This document shows, piece after piece, positions 1-8,042 of a stretch of 64,000 nucleotides of DNA (position 1 is its first letter; the number at the start of each line of letters is the position of its first letter). Made by a program: the position numbers and the translations under genes. Location of the stretch: positions 2,880,232 to 2,944,231 of the forward strand of contig CBDAQU010000002.1 in NCBI GenBank assembly GCA_965199235.1, given 5' to 3'. The notes under the pieces are model-generated. The model had not been told where the DNA came from and made no database searches. It was given only the letters and a program-made list of their open reading frames with translations. The DNA is from Acetobacteraceae bacterium. Lineage in GTDB: Bacteria; Pseudomonadota; Alphaproteobacteria; Acetobacterales; Acetobacteraceae.

Positions 1-658
1 CCTCGTCCCTGGTCAGCGTGGTCGTCTTGAACGTCACCTCGCCGGTTGCCTTGTCGGCAACCCCCATGCGGGTCTCGAACGGCACGATCTCGTCGTCGAA
101 CCGGCCGGCCGCCTGCGCCGCAGCGGTGCGCCTCTGCGATTCCAGCGCGTAGGCGTCCTGGGTCTCGCGGGTGACCTGGTAGCGCTGTGCGACCACCTCT
201 GCCGTGTCGATCATCGGCATGTAGATTTCCGGCTTGTTCGCCTGCAGCCAGTCATCAAAACCGTGCCAGCGGTTCATGTGCTCGTTCTGCACCAGGCTGA
301 TGCTGTCCAGCCCGCCGCCGATGGCCATCGGCAGCCCGTCGAACATCACGCGCTGCGAGGCGATCGAGATCGCCTGCAGCCCGCTGCTGCACTGGCGGTC
401 GACCGTGGTGCCGGCTGTCGTCACGGGCAGGCCGGCACGGATGGCGGCCTGGCGGGCGATGTTGCCGCCGGTCGCACCCTGCTGCAGCGCGCAGCCCAGG
501 ATCACGTCCTCGATCTCGCCGCCCTCCACCTTCGCGCGCGCCATCGCCTGGGCCACCGCGTGGCCGGCCAGAGTGGCACCGTGGGTGTCGTTGAAGGCGC
601 CGCGATAGGCGCGGCCGATCGGCGTGCGTGCGGTGGAAACGATGACGGCTTCGCGCAT
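1..658 (-). CDS. Acetyl-CoA C-acyltransferase (thiolase), 5' part; runs off the window edge
   Basis: Manual translation from ATG at 658: [28 protein letters not shown]..., later GGNIARQAA and [14 protein letters not shown] (catalytic Cys motif). Not in the ORF track. Confidence 0.92.
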   Translation of the reverse strand, partial: MREAVIVSTARTPIGRAYRGAFNDTHGATLAGHAVAQAMARAKVEGGEIEDVILGCALQQGATGGNIARQAAIRAGLPVTTAGTTVDRQCSSGLQAISIASQRVMFDGLPMAIGGGLDSISLVQNEHMNRWHGFDDWLQANKPEIYMPMIDTAEVVAQRYQVTRETQDAYALESQRRTAAAQAAGRFDDEIVPFETRMGVADKATGEVTFKTTTLTRDE

Positions 659-797
659 GTGTGCTCCCTGTGGCGGGCTTGCATGCCGCGCCTGCGTTGG
701 GCCGTCTGCGCCTGCAGACAGGCCGTGAACCCTTGGACCAGCCCCGAGCCCCGCATCCGCTGGACCGGCCGGGAGCGGTTTGCCATAGTCAGCAGTG

Positions 798-813
798 TCG
801 GGTGTTCACCCTA
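798..813. promoter_or_regulatory. Palindromic operator, copy 1 (TCGGGTGTTCACCCTA; consensus TAGGGTG-NN-CACCCTA)
   Basis: Lies in the divergent thiolase/tetR gap. One mismatch to the same 16-mer found at 4425 and 13578. Confidence 0.7.
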
Positions 814-856
814 GCCATGTCAACGCGACCCGGGGGGCCGACCGCGAGGCAACACG

Positions 857-1480
857 ATGGCAGATCAACGTCCAAGCACGCGCGACCGCATCCTCGACGC
901 CTGCCGCATCCTGTTCAACGAGCGCGGGCCTGCCGAGGTGACGACCGCGGAGATCGCGACCGCAGTCGGTATCAGCGAAGGCAACCTGCACTATCACTTC
1001 CGCCGCAAGGAACTGATCCTGGTCGCCCTGTTCGACCAGTTCGAGGCCGCCAACGACCGCGCGGGCCAGCCCAACCCGGCAATGAGCCGGCACCAGGAGC
1101 CGCACCGCCAATACCTCGCCGGCTGGTTCAACATGATGTGGGAGTGGCGGCTGTTCTACGCCGCCGGCGTCTACCGCATGGCGCCGGTGCTGCAGCCGCG
1201 GCTGATGCGCATGACCGACAACGTGCAGGCCCAGGTCGGCCGTGTGCTGCACAGGCTGGTGCAGGACGGCGTCCTGCACGCGGAGACGGCCGAGATCGAG
1301 CAACTTGTCGTCAACGCCTGGATCGTGGCGAGCTACTGGATCGACTACCTGCGGCTGCGGCAGGGAGTGGAAACCATCACCCGCGACCATTTGCGCTGGG
1401 GCTACGCGCAGGTCGAGTCGCTGTTCACCCCCTACGCCCTGGCGGCCGGACGGGCTGCCAAGATCCGCAAAGTCGGGTAG
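857..1480 (+). CDS. TetR/AcrR family transcriptional regulator
   Basis: N-terminal HTH RDRILDAC...VTTAEIATAVGISEGNLHYHFRRKE; 207 aa; divergent from the thiolase. Confidence 0.93.
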   Translation: MADQRPSTRDRILDACRILFNERGPAEVTTAEIATAVGISEGNLHYHFRRKELILVALFDQFEAANDRAGQPNPAMSRHQEPHRQYLAGWFNMMWEWRLFYAAGVYRMAPVLQPRLMRMTDNVQAQVGRVLHRLVQDGVLHAETAEIEQLVVNAWIVASYWIDYLRLRQGVETITRDHLRWGYAQVESLFTPYALAAGRAAKIRKVG

Positions 1481-1586
1481 GCAGCGCTTCAGAGCATGAT
1501 GATTCCAAGTCGGCACGGGCCCTCACCCGGTGCCGGCTTATGTCCAGGTTACCATGCCATAACCGCGTCTTTGCTGAAGGTTGACG

Positions 1587-2633
1587 ATGACCACACTGAT
1601 CGAGGTGCGCGACCAGCATCGCTTCGACGAGGCCGCTCTGCGGGACTATTTGGCCGCGCACCTGCCGGAAGCGGCGGCGCCGATCGCCATACGGCAATTC
1701 CAGGGCGGCCAGTCGAACCCCACCTTCCTGCTGACGGACGCCGCAGGCCGGCGCTACGTGCTGCGCAAGAAGCCGCCGGGCGCGATCCTGCCATCCGCCC
1801 ACGCGGTCGAGCGCGAGTACGCCGCCATGCGGGCGCTGGGCCCTACATCGACGCCGGTGCCGAACGCGCGGCTGCTCTGCGAGGACAGCGCAATCATCGG
1901 CACGCCGTTCTACGTGATGGACTACATCGAAGGCCGCGTGCTGACCGATCTGCGCCTGACCGACATTCCCCAAGGCGAGCGGGCCGGCTACTACCGCGCC
2001 ATGGCGGACGGGCTGGCCGCCCTGCACAGCGTGGACTGGCGGGCGGCGGGCCTGGCAAGCTTCGGGCGGCCGGAGGCCTACATCGCGCGCCAGATCGGCC
2101 GCTGGACCAAGCAGTACCTGGCGTCCGACCCTGAAGCGAACGCCGACATGGACGCGCTGATCGAATGGCTGCCCACGCACCTGCCGCCGGACGAACCGGC
2201 GGTGATCGCGCATGGCGACTATCGCCTCGGCAACCTGATGTTCGCGCCGGACGGTCCGCGCCTGCTGGCGATACTGGATTGGGAACTGGCGACGATCGGC
2301 CATCCGATGGCCGACCTGGCCTACCTCGCCTCGTTCTACCGCCTGCCGCAGGACGGCAACCCGTTCAAGGGCCTGGGCGGCGCGGACCTGGCCGCACTCG
2401 GGCTGCCCACTGAGCTTGAGCTGGTGACGCGGTACTGCGAGGGCGTCGGCAGAGCGTTCCCCGCCGACGAATGGCCGTTCTACCTGGCGTTCTCGCTGTT
2501 CCGCTCGGCCTCGATCGGCTGGGGCGTCTACGACCGGTCGCGCCGGGGCAACGCGGCGGACCAGCGCGCACACCTCTACGGCCAGATGTTCCGCACCTGT
2601 GCGGCGGCGAGCTGGCGCATCGCGCGCGGCTGA
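1587..2633 (+). CDS. Phosphotransferase family protein (APH/ACAD10-11 N-terminal-like)
   Basis: QFQGGQSNPTF, LRKKPPG, HAVEREY, HGDYRLGN and ILDWEL motifs. Confidence 0.9.
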   Translation: MTTLIEVRDQHRFDEAALRDYLAAHLPEAAAPIAIRQFQGGQSNPTFLLTDAAGRRYVLRKKPPGAILPSAHAVEREYAAMRALGPTSTPVPNARLLCEDSAIIGTPFYVMDYIEGRVLTDLRLTDIPQGERAGYYRAMADGLAALHSVDWRAAGLASFGRPEAYIARQIGRWTKQYLASDPEANADMDALIEWLPTHLPPDEPAVIAHGDYRLGNLMFAPDGPRLLAILDWELATIGHPMADLAYLASFYRLPQDGNPFKGLGGADLAALGLPTELELVTRYCEGVGRAFPADEWPFYLAFSLFRSASIGWGVYDRSRRGNAADQRAHLYGQMFRTCAAASWRIARG

Positions 2634-2639
2634 TCGCGC

Positions 2640-2664
2640 CGAACCCGAGCCTTGCGCCGCCGTT
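2640..2664 (+). promoter_or_regulatory. Putative EcfG/sigmaT (general stress) promoter CGAAC-N16-CGTT
   Basis: One mismatch to GGAAC-N16/17-CGTT; ends 25 nt before the ATG at 2689. Confidence 0.5.
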
Positions 2665-2688
2665 GATCCCCCACACAAGGAGGGCGAC

Positions 2689-2892
2689 ATGCCAGACAAG
2701 AACGAACACACCGGCCGCTTCGGCGGCCCGGGCAGCAGCCACCAGGACAAGGACCACCCTGGCAAGAATCACCAGGAGCACGGCCACAAGGCCGGCGGCG
2801 GCAAGCCAGGCTCACAGCCCGACCACCTCAAGGACACGGGCGGCGACAACGCCGGAGGCGGACACCACTACAGAGAGCACGGCCGAACTTAA
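2689..2892 (+). CDS. Small His/Gly-rich hydrophilic protein (67 aa), probably disordered
   Basis: Strong RBS AAGGAGGG before the ATG; MPDKNEHTGRFGGPGSSHQDKDH...; 10 His and 16 Gly; codon usage like neighbouring genes. Confidence 0.75.
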   Translation: MPDKNEHTGRFGGPGSSHQDKDHPGKNHQEHGHKAGGGKPGSQPDHLKDTGGDNAGGGHHYREHGRT

Positions 2893-2931
2893 CAAACCGG
2901 GTCTGGGCCCGACTGGCCCCGTCACGCGAGA

Positions 2932-3006
2932 GCGTGCATCGCACGACACGTGAGCGCGTGCATCGCACGACACGTGAGCGGGTGGCCAGGGGCAGCGCCC
3001 CTGGCC
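2932..3006. repeat. 24-bp tandem duplication followed by a GC hairpin between convergent genes
   Basis: GCGTGCATCGCACGACACGTGAGC x2 (2932-2979), then GGCCAGGGG-cagcg-CCCCTGGCC (2984-3006). Confidence 0.85.
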
Positions 3007-3014
3007 TGCCTATC

Positions 3015-4358
3015 CTATCGCCGTCCAGCCCGCCGCAGCGCGTCCGGCGTGAAATCATCCGGCGTCAGCGACGTTGTGGTGTAGGTCGGCGCCACCGCGT
3101 CCTGGCTGTGCAGGCCCTGAACCAGGTAGCGGCGGGCGAGCAGATCCATGAACTCGTACCCGTCTGCGCCGCAGAGCGGGACATCCGGCGCCTCCGCTAT
3201 GAAGGCGAGCGCCGTCCGCCATAGCTGGCCGCGCGTATCGTAACGGTCTGCGATCGCGATCTGCCAGCTATCCTCGTCGATGTAGAACGTCCGGCGTGCA
3301 TAGATGTTGCGGAAACCCGGCTTCAACGTTGCTTCCACAACCCACACACGGTGCAGCTCGAAGCGTATCAGGTCGGGATTGACCGCGATCGGCTTTACGA
3401 TGTCGCTGTACTTAACGCCCGGCTGCTGGATCCTGTAGGTGTTGTAGGGGATGTAGATTTCCTTCTTCCCCTTCAACGTCCAGTTGTAGCGGTCTACGGC
3501 GCCGTTAAACATGTCGTAGTCGTCGACGGTCTCCAGGCCATCGGTGTTCTGCACAGGAGTGTCGTAGTTGATCTCCGGCGCGCGGCGCACGCGGCGCTCG
3601 CCCGGGTTGTAGGTCCAGGCCTCGCGCGGCTGCGAAAACGGGTCCTGGTAGCTGCGCACGAGGGTGATCTGGCCGGCGATGCGCGGCGGCTCCAGCACCT
3701 CCTGCCAGAACAGGCTGTCCCACTTGGCAGGGTTGGCCAGGCCCGGCGTGTTGTAGGCGAGCAGGATCTGCTCGTGCCACCGGGTCAGGGAGTAGTCGCC
3801 GCTCGGCGTGGTGATCGCGTTGTCGGTGGTGCGCTGCACCTGGCTGCCGCGCCAGCGCAGGATGTGGTTCCAGATCGCCTCGTTGCCGTTCTTTGGTATT
3901 GGGAACGGGATAGACAGCTTGGCGCCTGCGACGCCCAGGCCGTTTTCGGTCAGGTGCGCGCGGCTCGCATTGGCGATGGCGTTGTCGTAGATGAATTGCG
4001 GCGCCGCTGCCGTCCGGTGTGTCGGATACACGTCGACGTGGTAGCCTGGCAGCGTGCGCACCATCGCGACCGTGCCGTCCGCCATGTGGCTGGCGTAGCG
4101 GTCGACGTTCTGCGCCGTGATGACGAATAGCGGCCGCTCGGGGGCGAACGGATCTGCCCGGTAATGGCCGGACACGAAGCCGGATGCGGGGGTGGTCAGG
4201 CCGCCGGTCCAGGCAGGAATGGTGCCGTCCGCGTTGCCTGACTTCACCGCGCCCAGCGGCGTCAGGCTGTGGCCGAGATCCGCCGCGGTCTGCGCGCCCG
4301 CAGGGGCCGCCAGCACCCAGCCGGCCAGTATGGTCGCTGCAAGCAGCATCTTCTTCAT
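3015..4358 (-). CDS. DUF1329 domain periplasmic protein (LolA-like fold family)
   Basis: Signal peptide MKKMLLAATILAG...; LTPLGAVKSGNADGTIPAWTGG, YNPGERRVRRAP, RRTFYIDEDSWQI motifs. Confidence 0.9.
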   Translation of the reverse strand: MKKMLLAATILAGWVLAAPAGAQTAADLGHSLTPLGAVKSGNADGTIPAWTGGLTTPASGFVSGHYRADPFAPERPLFVITAQNVDRYASHMADGTVAMVRTLPGYHVDVYPTHRTAAAPQFIYDNAIANASRAHLTENGLGVAGAKLSIPFPIPKNGNEAIWNHILRWRGSQVQRTTDNAITTPSGDYSLTRWHEQILLAYNTPGLANPAKWDSLFWQEVLEPPRIAGQITLVRSYQDPFSQPREAWTYNPGERRVRRAPEINYDTPVQNTDGLETVDDYDMFNGAVDRYNWTLKGKKEIYIPYNTYRIQQPGVKYSDIVKPIAVNPDLIRFELHRVWVVEATLKPGFRNIYARRTFYIDEDSWQIAIADRYDTRGQLWRTALAFIAEAPDVPLCGADGYEFMDLLARRYLVQGLHSQDAVAPTYTTTSLTPDDFTPDALRRAGRR

Positions 4359-4424
4359 GATTGTCGTCCCATCCCTCGTATTTCGGCGATTTTCGCCTTC
4401 CGGCGTATCTAATCTACACCGCTC

Positions 4425-4440
4425 TAGGGTGTCCACCCTT
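4425..4440. promoter_or_regulatory. Palindromic operator, copy 2 (TAGGGTGTCCACCCTT)
   Basis: About 67 bp upstream of the DUF1329 start; one mismatch to the consensus. Confidence 0.7.
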
Positions 4441-4526
4441 GCTCAGGATACCGCTGGGGACGAACGCGGGGAGGCGGCGGGAAACTCTGTCCGTGCCGCG
4501 CGAGCCACTCGGCTGGATAAACGTGG

Positions 4527-4561
4527 CCGCCATCCGGCCGCACGGCGCGGCCGGATGGCGG
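4527..4561 (-). terminator. 15-bp stem hairpin, likely terminator after the UrcA-family gene
   Basis: CCGCCATCCGGCCGC-acggc-GCGGCCGGATGGCGG, just past the stop at 4575. Confidence 0.6.
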
Positions 4562-4574
4562 TTTGGGCCGGCCA

Positions 4575-4916
4575 TCAGTTCGGTGCGACGGACGCCACGG
4601 AGTAGCCCCTGTTTGCAGCGGCAACCACCACACGCAGGTTGTGCAACGCATCCTGCAGCGCGGCAGCCTGGCAGGCCGCGTCGTCGGAGCTGAATGCTAC
4701 CCCGCCGCTGCTTTCGCCGCACACGGCGTGGCTGGCCGCCACCAGACGGCGGCGCAGCGCGTCCACGCCTTCCTTCTTGGCGAGGTTCAGGTCGGCATAG
4801 GTGACGACCATCGTGCGCACGTCGGTGTCCGCAGCACGGGTGCTGTTCAGCAGCGCGGTGCCGGCCAGCAGGGTGACAGCCGCCAGGCTGACGCGAGAGG
4901 CTTTGGTGATGTTCAT
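4575..4916 (-). CDS. UrcA family small secreted protein
   Basis: RBS GGAG; signal peptide; VTYADLNL...GVDALRRRLVAASHAVCG...AAC (two Cys), typical of the UrcA family. Confidence 0.8.
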   Translation of the reverse strand: MNITKASRVSLAAVTLLAGTALLNSTRAADTDVRTMVVTYADLNLAKKEGVDALRRRLVAASHAVCGESSGGVAFSSDDAACQAAALQDALHNLRVVVAAANRGYSVASVAPN

Positions 4917-5262
4917 GATTGTTGCTCCAGGTTGGTCGTGACAGCGGGGTCTGCCCTCTGGTGCCCTGAGGTCCTTGACGGAGCCCCTGGCGACGGCCGA
5001 ACCGGTAGTCCGCAATCCGAGACAGGCCTGCATCAATCCAGGCTAAATCTTACTAAGGTCAATAAATCCAGCTTGAACAGAGCTTTACACGTTTCAAGGC
5101 GGTAGCTCTTAGGCCTTGTCCGAGCTAAGCTTGGCTGCTTGTCGGGTCACTCGCCGGCGCGCTCCTGTCCAGCATCGGCCTGCAACCGCCGCAGCATTGA
5201 TGTCGGGCCGGTTCTTGCGGTAAGCCGCCCGCGCGCGGCTATCACGCCGCGGGAGCGTTCCG

Positions 5263-7467
5263 ATGCCGGTCGCGCCTCAACGTGTCCGTTTCGGCCGATG
5301 GCTGCTGGATGCGCCTCGCCGGACGCTGTATGCCGATGGCGTGGCGGTCGCGTTGAACGGCCGCGGCTTCGACCTGCTGGCATTTCTGGTGGCGCGCCAT
5401 GGCCAGCCGGTCAGCCGCGACGAGATCTTCGCGCATGTCTGGCCTGGTATCACGGTCGGTGAAAACAACCTCAGCGTCCAGATATCAAGCCTGCGCAAGA
5501 TCTTGGGCGAGGGGAGCGCGGCAGGCCCAGGGTTGATCGTGACCGTGCCGGGGCGGGGCTACAGTTTTACTGGAGAGGTAAGCGCGGAGACGTCTCGTGA
5601 GTCGCCGGCGCCGATGCTGCTGCGCGAGATCGACTTGCCATCTCCTGATGCAGGGCCGTCCCAACCGGCACTGCCTGCCGCCTCCAACGCGGCAACCGGC
5701 CGCTGGGGCACATCGTCCCCGGCCGTGAGCGCTGCTTTGGGCCTAGTGCTGGCGGTTTTGCTGCTCGGCAGCGCCGCTGCCCTGTTCTGGCGCCCGGCCC
5801 CGCCAGTGCCGCGCCTCTCGATCGCCGTGCTGCCTTTGAGGAATCTTAGTTCAGACAGGGAAAAAGCCTATCTCGCAGACGCGTTGACTGATGATCTGAC
5901 GTGTGATCTCGCTCACATCCCTGGCAGCATCGTCACTGCGCGCACGAGTGCGGAGGCCTATCAACACGCAGCCATGTCGGTCGAAGCCATCGGCCACGCC
6001 TTGCGCGTTCGCTACCTTGTCGACGGAAGCCTCACCTTCGAACAGGGCCGCTATTACGTCAGCATTGGTCTGATCGACGCGGCAAACGGCCACCATCTCT
6101 GGACGAGCCGCTTGCCGCCAATCCAGGGACGGCTGTTCGAGGTTCGCAATGCGCTCGTCCGCCAGCTATCTGTGGCACTCGGGTTCGAGATGGAACAGAT
6201 CGAAAGCGCCCGGTCCATCAGCGATCGTCCGGACGATCCTGATGCGACCGACCTGTTCCTTCGAGCACGCGCAATTCTCGATTGGGACACGTCGCTTCCT
6301 GGATTGCATCGGGCTCAGGCGATGCTCGAAAACGCTATCGAGCAGCAGCCGAGGTTTGGCGATGCACTGGCCCAGCTTGGGTCGATGCTTTTGACTAAAG
6401 TTCACGACATGGACGATCCCGACGCCGACAAGGACTACGCCGAGGCCTTGGAGATGATCAAACGGGCGCTGGAGGTATCGCCGAGGAACGCCTTGGCACT
6501 CGCAGCGCACGGGCGCGCACTGACGTTCACTGGTCGATGGACGGAAGCATCCTTCAGCGCCAACGCAGCCCTGAAAATCGAGCCCTCCTGTGTCGAGGCC
6601 GAAGCGGTGCTCGCGAAGTCTGCTCAAGCGCAGGGTTACCTTGACGACGCAGTGGAGCACATCGAAGCCATCTTTCGCCTCATGCCCAATAGCCCGCTCA
6701 ACAAAACGCGCTACGTAACGCTCGGCCTGATCTATCTGGTGAAGGGCGAAACTGAGGCTGCAATGAAGCAACTTCACGAAGCGATCGCGGGTGAGGAAGA
6801 CAGTGTGCCCACTGAGGGCTTGGGAAGAGTGGAAGTCACAAAGCTTCTGCTGGTTGCCGGGACCGGCATGCTCGGCCGGTCAGCAGATGCTCGGAAACTG
6901 TATGAGGATTACCGCACCAACTGGCCTAATCGGACAGAATGGCGCTTTGCCGCCCTGTTCGACAAATCCTACACACGCATGCCCGGGTTCCAACGCATGA
7001 TGACCGCACTCGAAAACGCCGGGATGCCGGTCACGGCGGACGAGCATGCGCCACCGTCCTCGCCTTCTCCTGCATGCCCCGGCACGGCGTTCGACGAGAC
7101 CCCGGCCAAGCTCGCGCATGGCCGAACGCTCGACACCGACTCGGTTTCGGCACTTCTGAAGCTGCAACCGCCGCCACTGCTCATAGATCTCGGAGACGGT
7201 ATTGCCCAGCCCCCAGGAGCGGTGCTGTATCGGCAGGGCGAAGTCGTTAAGCCGGCAGAAGTATTTGCGCTGGATACCGCACGGCAACATAATCTCGATG
7301 CGCAAACAGTAATAATCGTAATGGGCAGCGGAGCCTACGGCTGTACTTCTTTCTTGGCAGCAACAAGTCTTCTTGCGCACGGCTATAAAAATACAGCATG
7401 GTATCGCGGTGGCGAAGAGGCATGGGCTGCGGCCGGGAAATCCTCAACCGACGGGAGACCTGAATGA
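5263..7467 (+). CDS. Membrane-anchored transcriptional regulator: OmpR/CadC-type wHTH + TM + TolB-N-like + TPR + rhodanese-like domain
   Basis: RFGRWLLD...FDLLAFLV...VGENNLSVQISSLRKILG...TVPGRGYSF; hydrophobic segment ALGLVLAVLLLGSAAALFW; SIAVLPLRNLS; TPR helices; C-terminal WYRGGEEAWAAAG. Confidence 0.85.
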   Translation: MPVAPQRVRFGRWLLDAPRRTLYADGVAVALNGRGFDLLAFLVARHGQPVSRDEIFAHVWPGITVGENNLSVQISSLRKILGEGSAAGPGLIVTVPGRGYSFTGEVSAETSRESPAPMLLREIDLPSPDAGPSQPALPAASNAATGRWGTSSPAVSAALGLVLAVLLLGSAAALFWRPAPPVPRLSIAVLPLRNLSSDREKAYLADALTDDLTCDLAHIPGSIVTARTSAEAYQHAAMSVEAIGHALRVRYLVDGSLTFEQGRYYVSIGLIDAANGHHLWTSRLPPIQGRLFEVRNALVRQLSVALGFEMEQIESARSISDRPDDPDATDLFLRARAILDWDTSLPGLHRAQAMLENAIEQQPRFGDALAQLGSMLLTKVHDMDDPDADKDYAEALEMIKRALEVSPRNALALAAHGRALTFTGRWTEASFSANAALKIEPSCVEAEAVLAKSAQAQGYLDDAVEHIEAIFRLMPNSPLNKTRYVTLGLIYLVKGETEAAMKQLHEAIAGEEDSVPTEGLGRVEVTKLLLVAGTGMLGRSADARKLYEDYRTNWPNRTEWRFAALFDKSYTRMPGFQRMMTALENAGMPVTADEHAPPSSPSPACPGTAFDETPAKLAHGRTLDTDSVSALLKLQPPPLLIDLGDGIAQPPGAVLYRQGEVVKPAEVFALDTARQHNLDAQTVIIVMGSGAYGCTSFLAATSLLAHGYKNTAWYRGGEEAWAAAGKSSTDGRPE

Positions 7468-7883
7468 ACGACCAGTCAAGCATCGCAGGTGCCGCATCGA
7501 ACGCGGACACAGACCCGACAGACATTACGATCGAGTCCCTGACCGCTCTGCTAGACGACGTGATGGCTGCGAAGGAAAAGCACTACATCGTCATCGCAGT
7601 CTACGCATTGCCGAAAGACTGCGTCATCGGCAGTCGCAGTGGCGGGCATGATGTTGGTGGCACACCTGATGGGCTGACCGGCGTCCCGCCTGGCCGAAGG
7701 AATGCGATCTATAGATTTCCGATCGTGGACAAGGTGGATTTCGCGCGCGTACAGCTCGCATCAGCCGTGATCGAGCGATTCAAGAAAGCCAATGAGGTAC
7801 AGGCGGTGGTAGCCACGTCGAACCACCTTTACGCTCAGACGGCCTTCGGAGTCGAAAAACACCACCATCCCGACAGAGCGTGA
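7464..7883 (+). CDS. Hypothetical protein (139 aa)
   Basis: ATGA overlap with the upstream stop (translational coupling); no family recognised. Confidence 0.55.
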   Translation: MNDQSSIAGAASNADTDPTDITIESLTALLDDVMAAKEKHYIVIAVYALPKDCVIGSRSGGHDVGGTPDGLTGVPPGRRNAIYRFPIVDKVDFARVQLASAVIERFKKANEVQAVVATSNHLYAQTAFGVEKHHHPDRA

Positions 7884-7901
7884 ACTGGCTCCGTCCACCT
7901 G

Positions 7902-8010
7902 ATACCGACCGGCCGTGGGACCGACACACCCAAATGAACAAAGGTTTTCGGTCTTTTTTGCAAAAAGGACTGCTTGCCTTTCGTGAGTCAGACTCAAACC
8001 CGGTCGGTAT
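7902..8010. promoter_or_regulatory. Pair of TetR-type operator-like half-sites (ATACCGACCGG ... CCGGTCGGTAT)
   Basis: Perfect 11-bp inverted repeat at 7902-7912 and 8000-8010. On the minus strand TTGTCA directly precedes the second site. Confidence 0.4.
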
Positions 8011-8042
8011 GACAACAGAGTAAATACTTTTGGGGGGTGTCT

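Noticed and set aside
4427-8041. 7-bp direct repeat GGGTGTC as a target-site duplication of the UrcA module
   Set aside because: Too short for GC-rich DNA, and excision there would destroy the DUF1329 operator.
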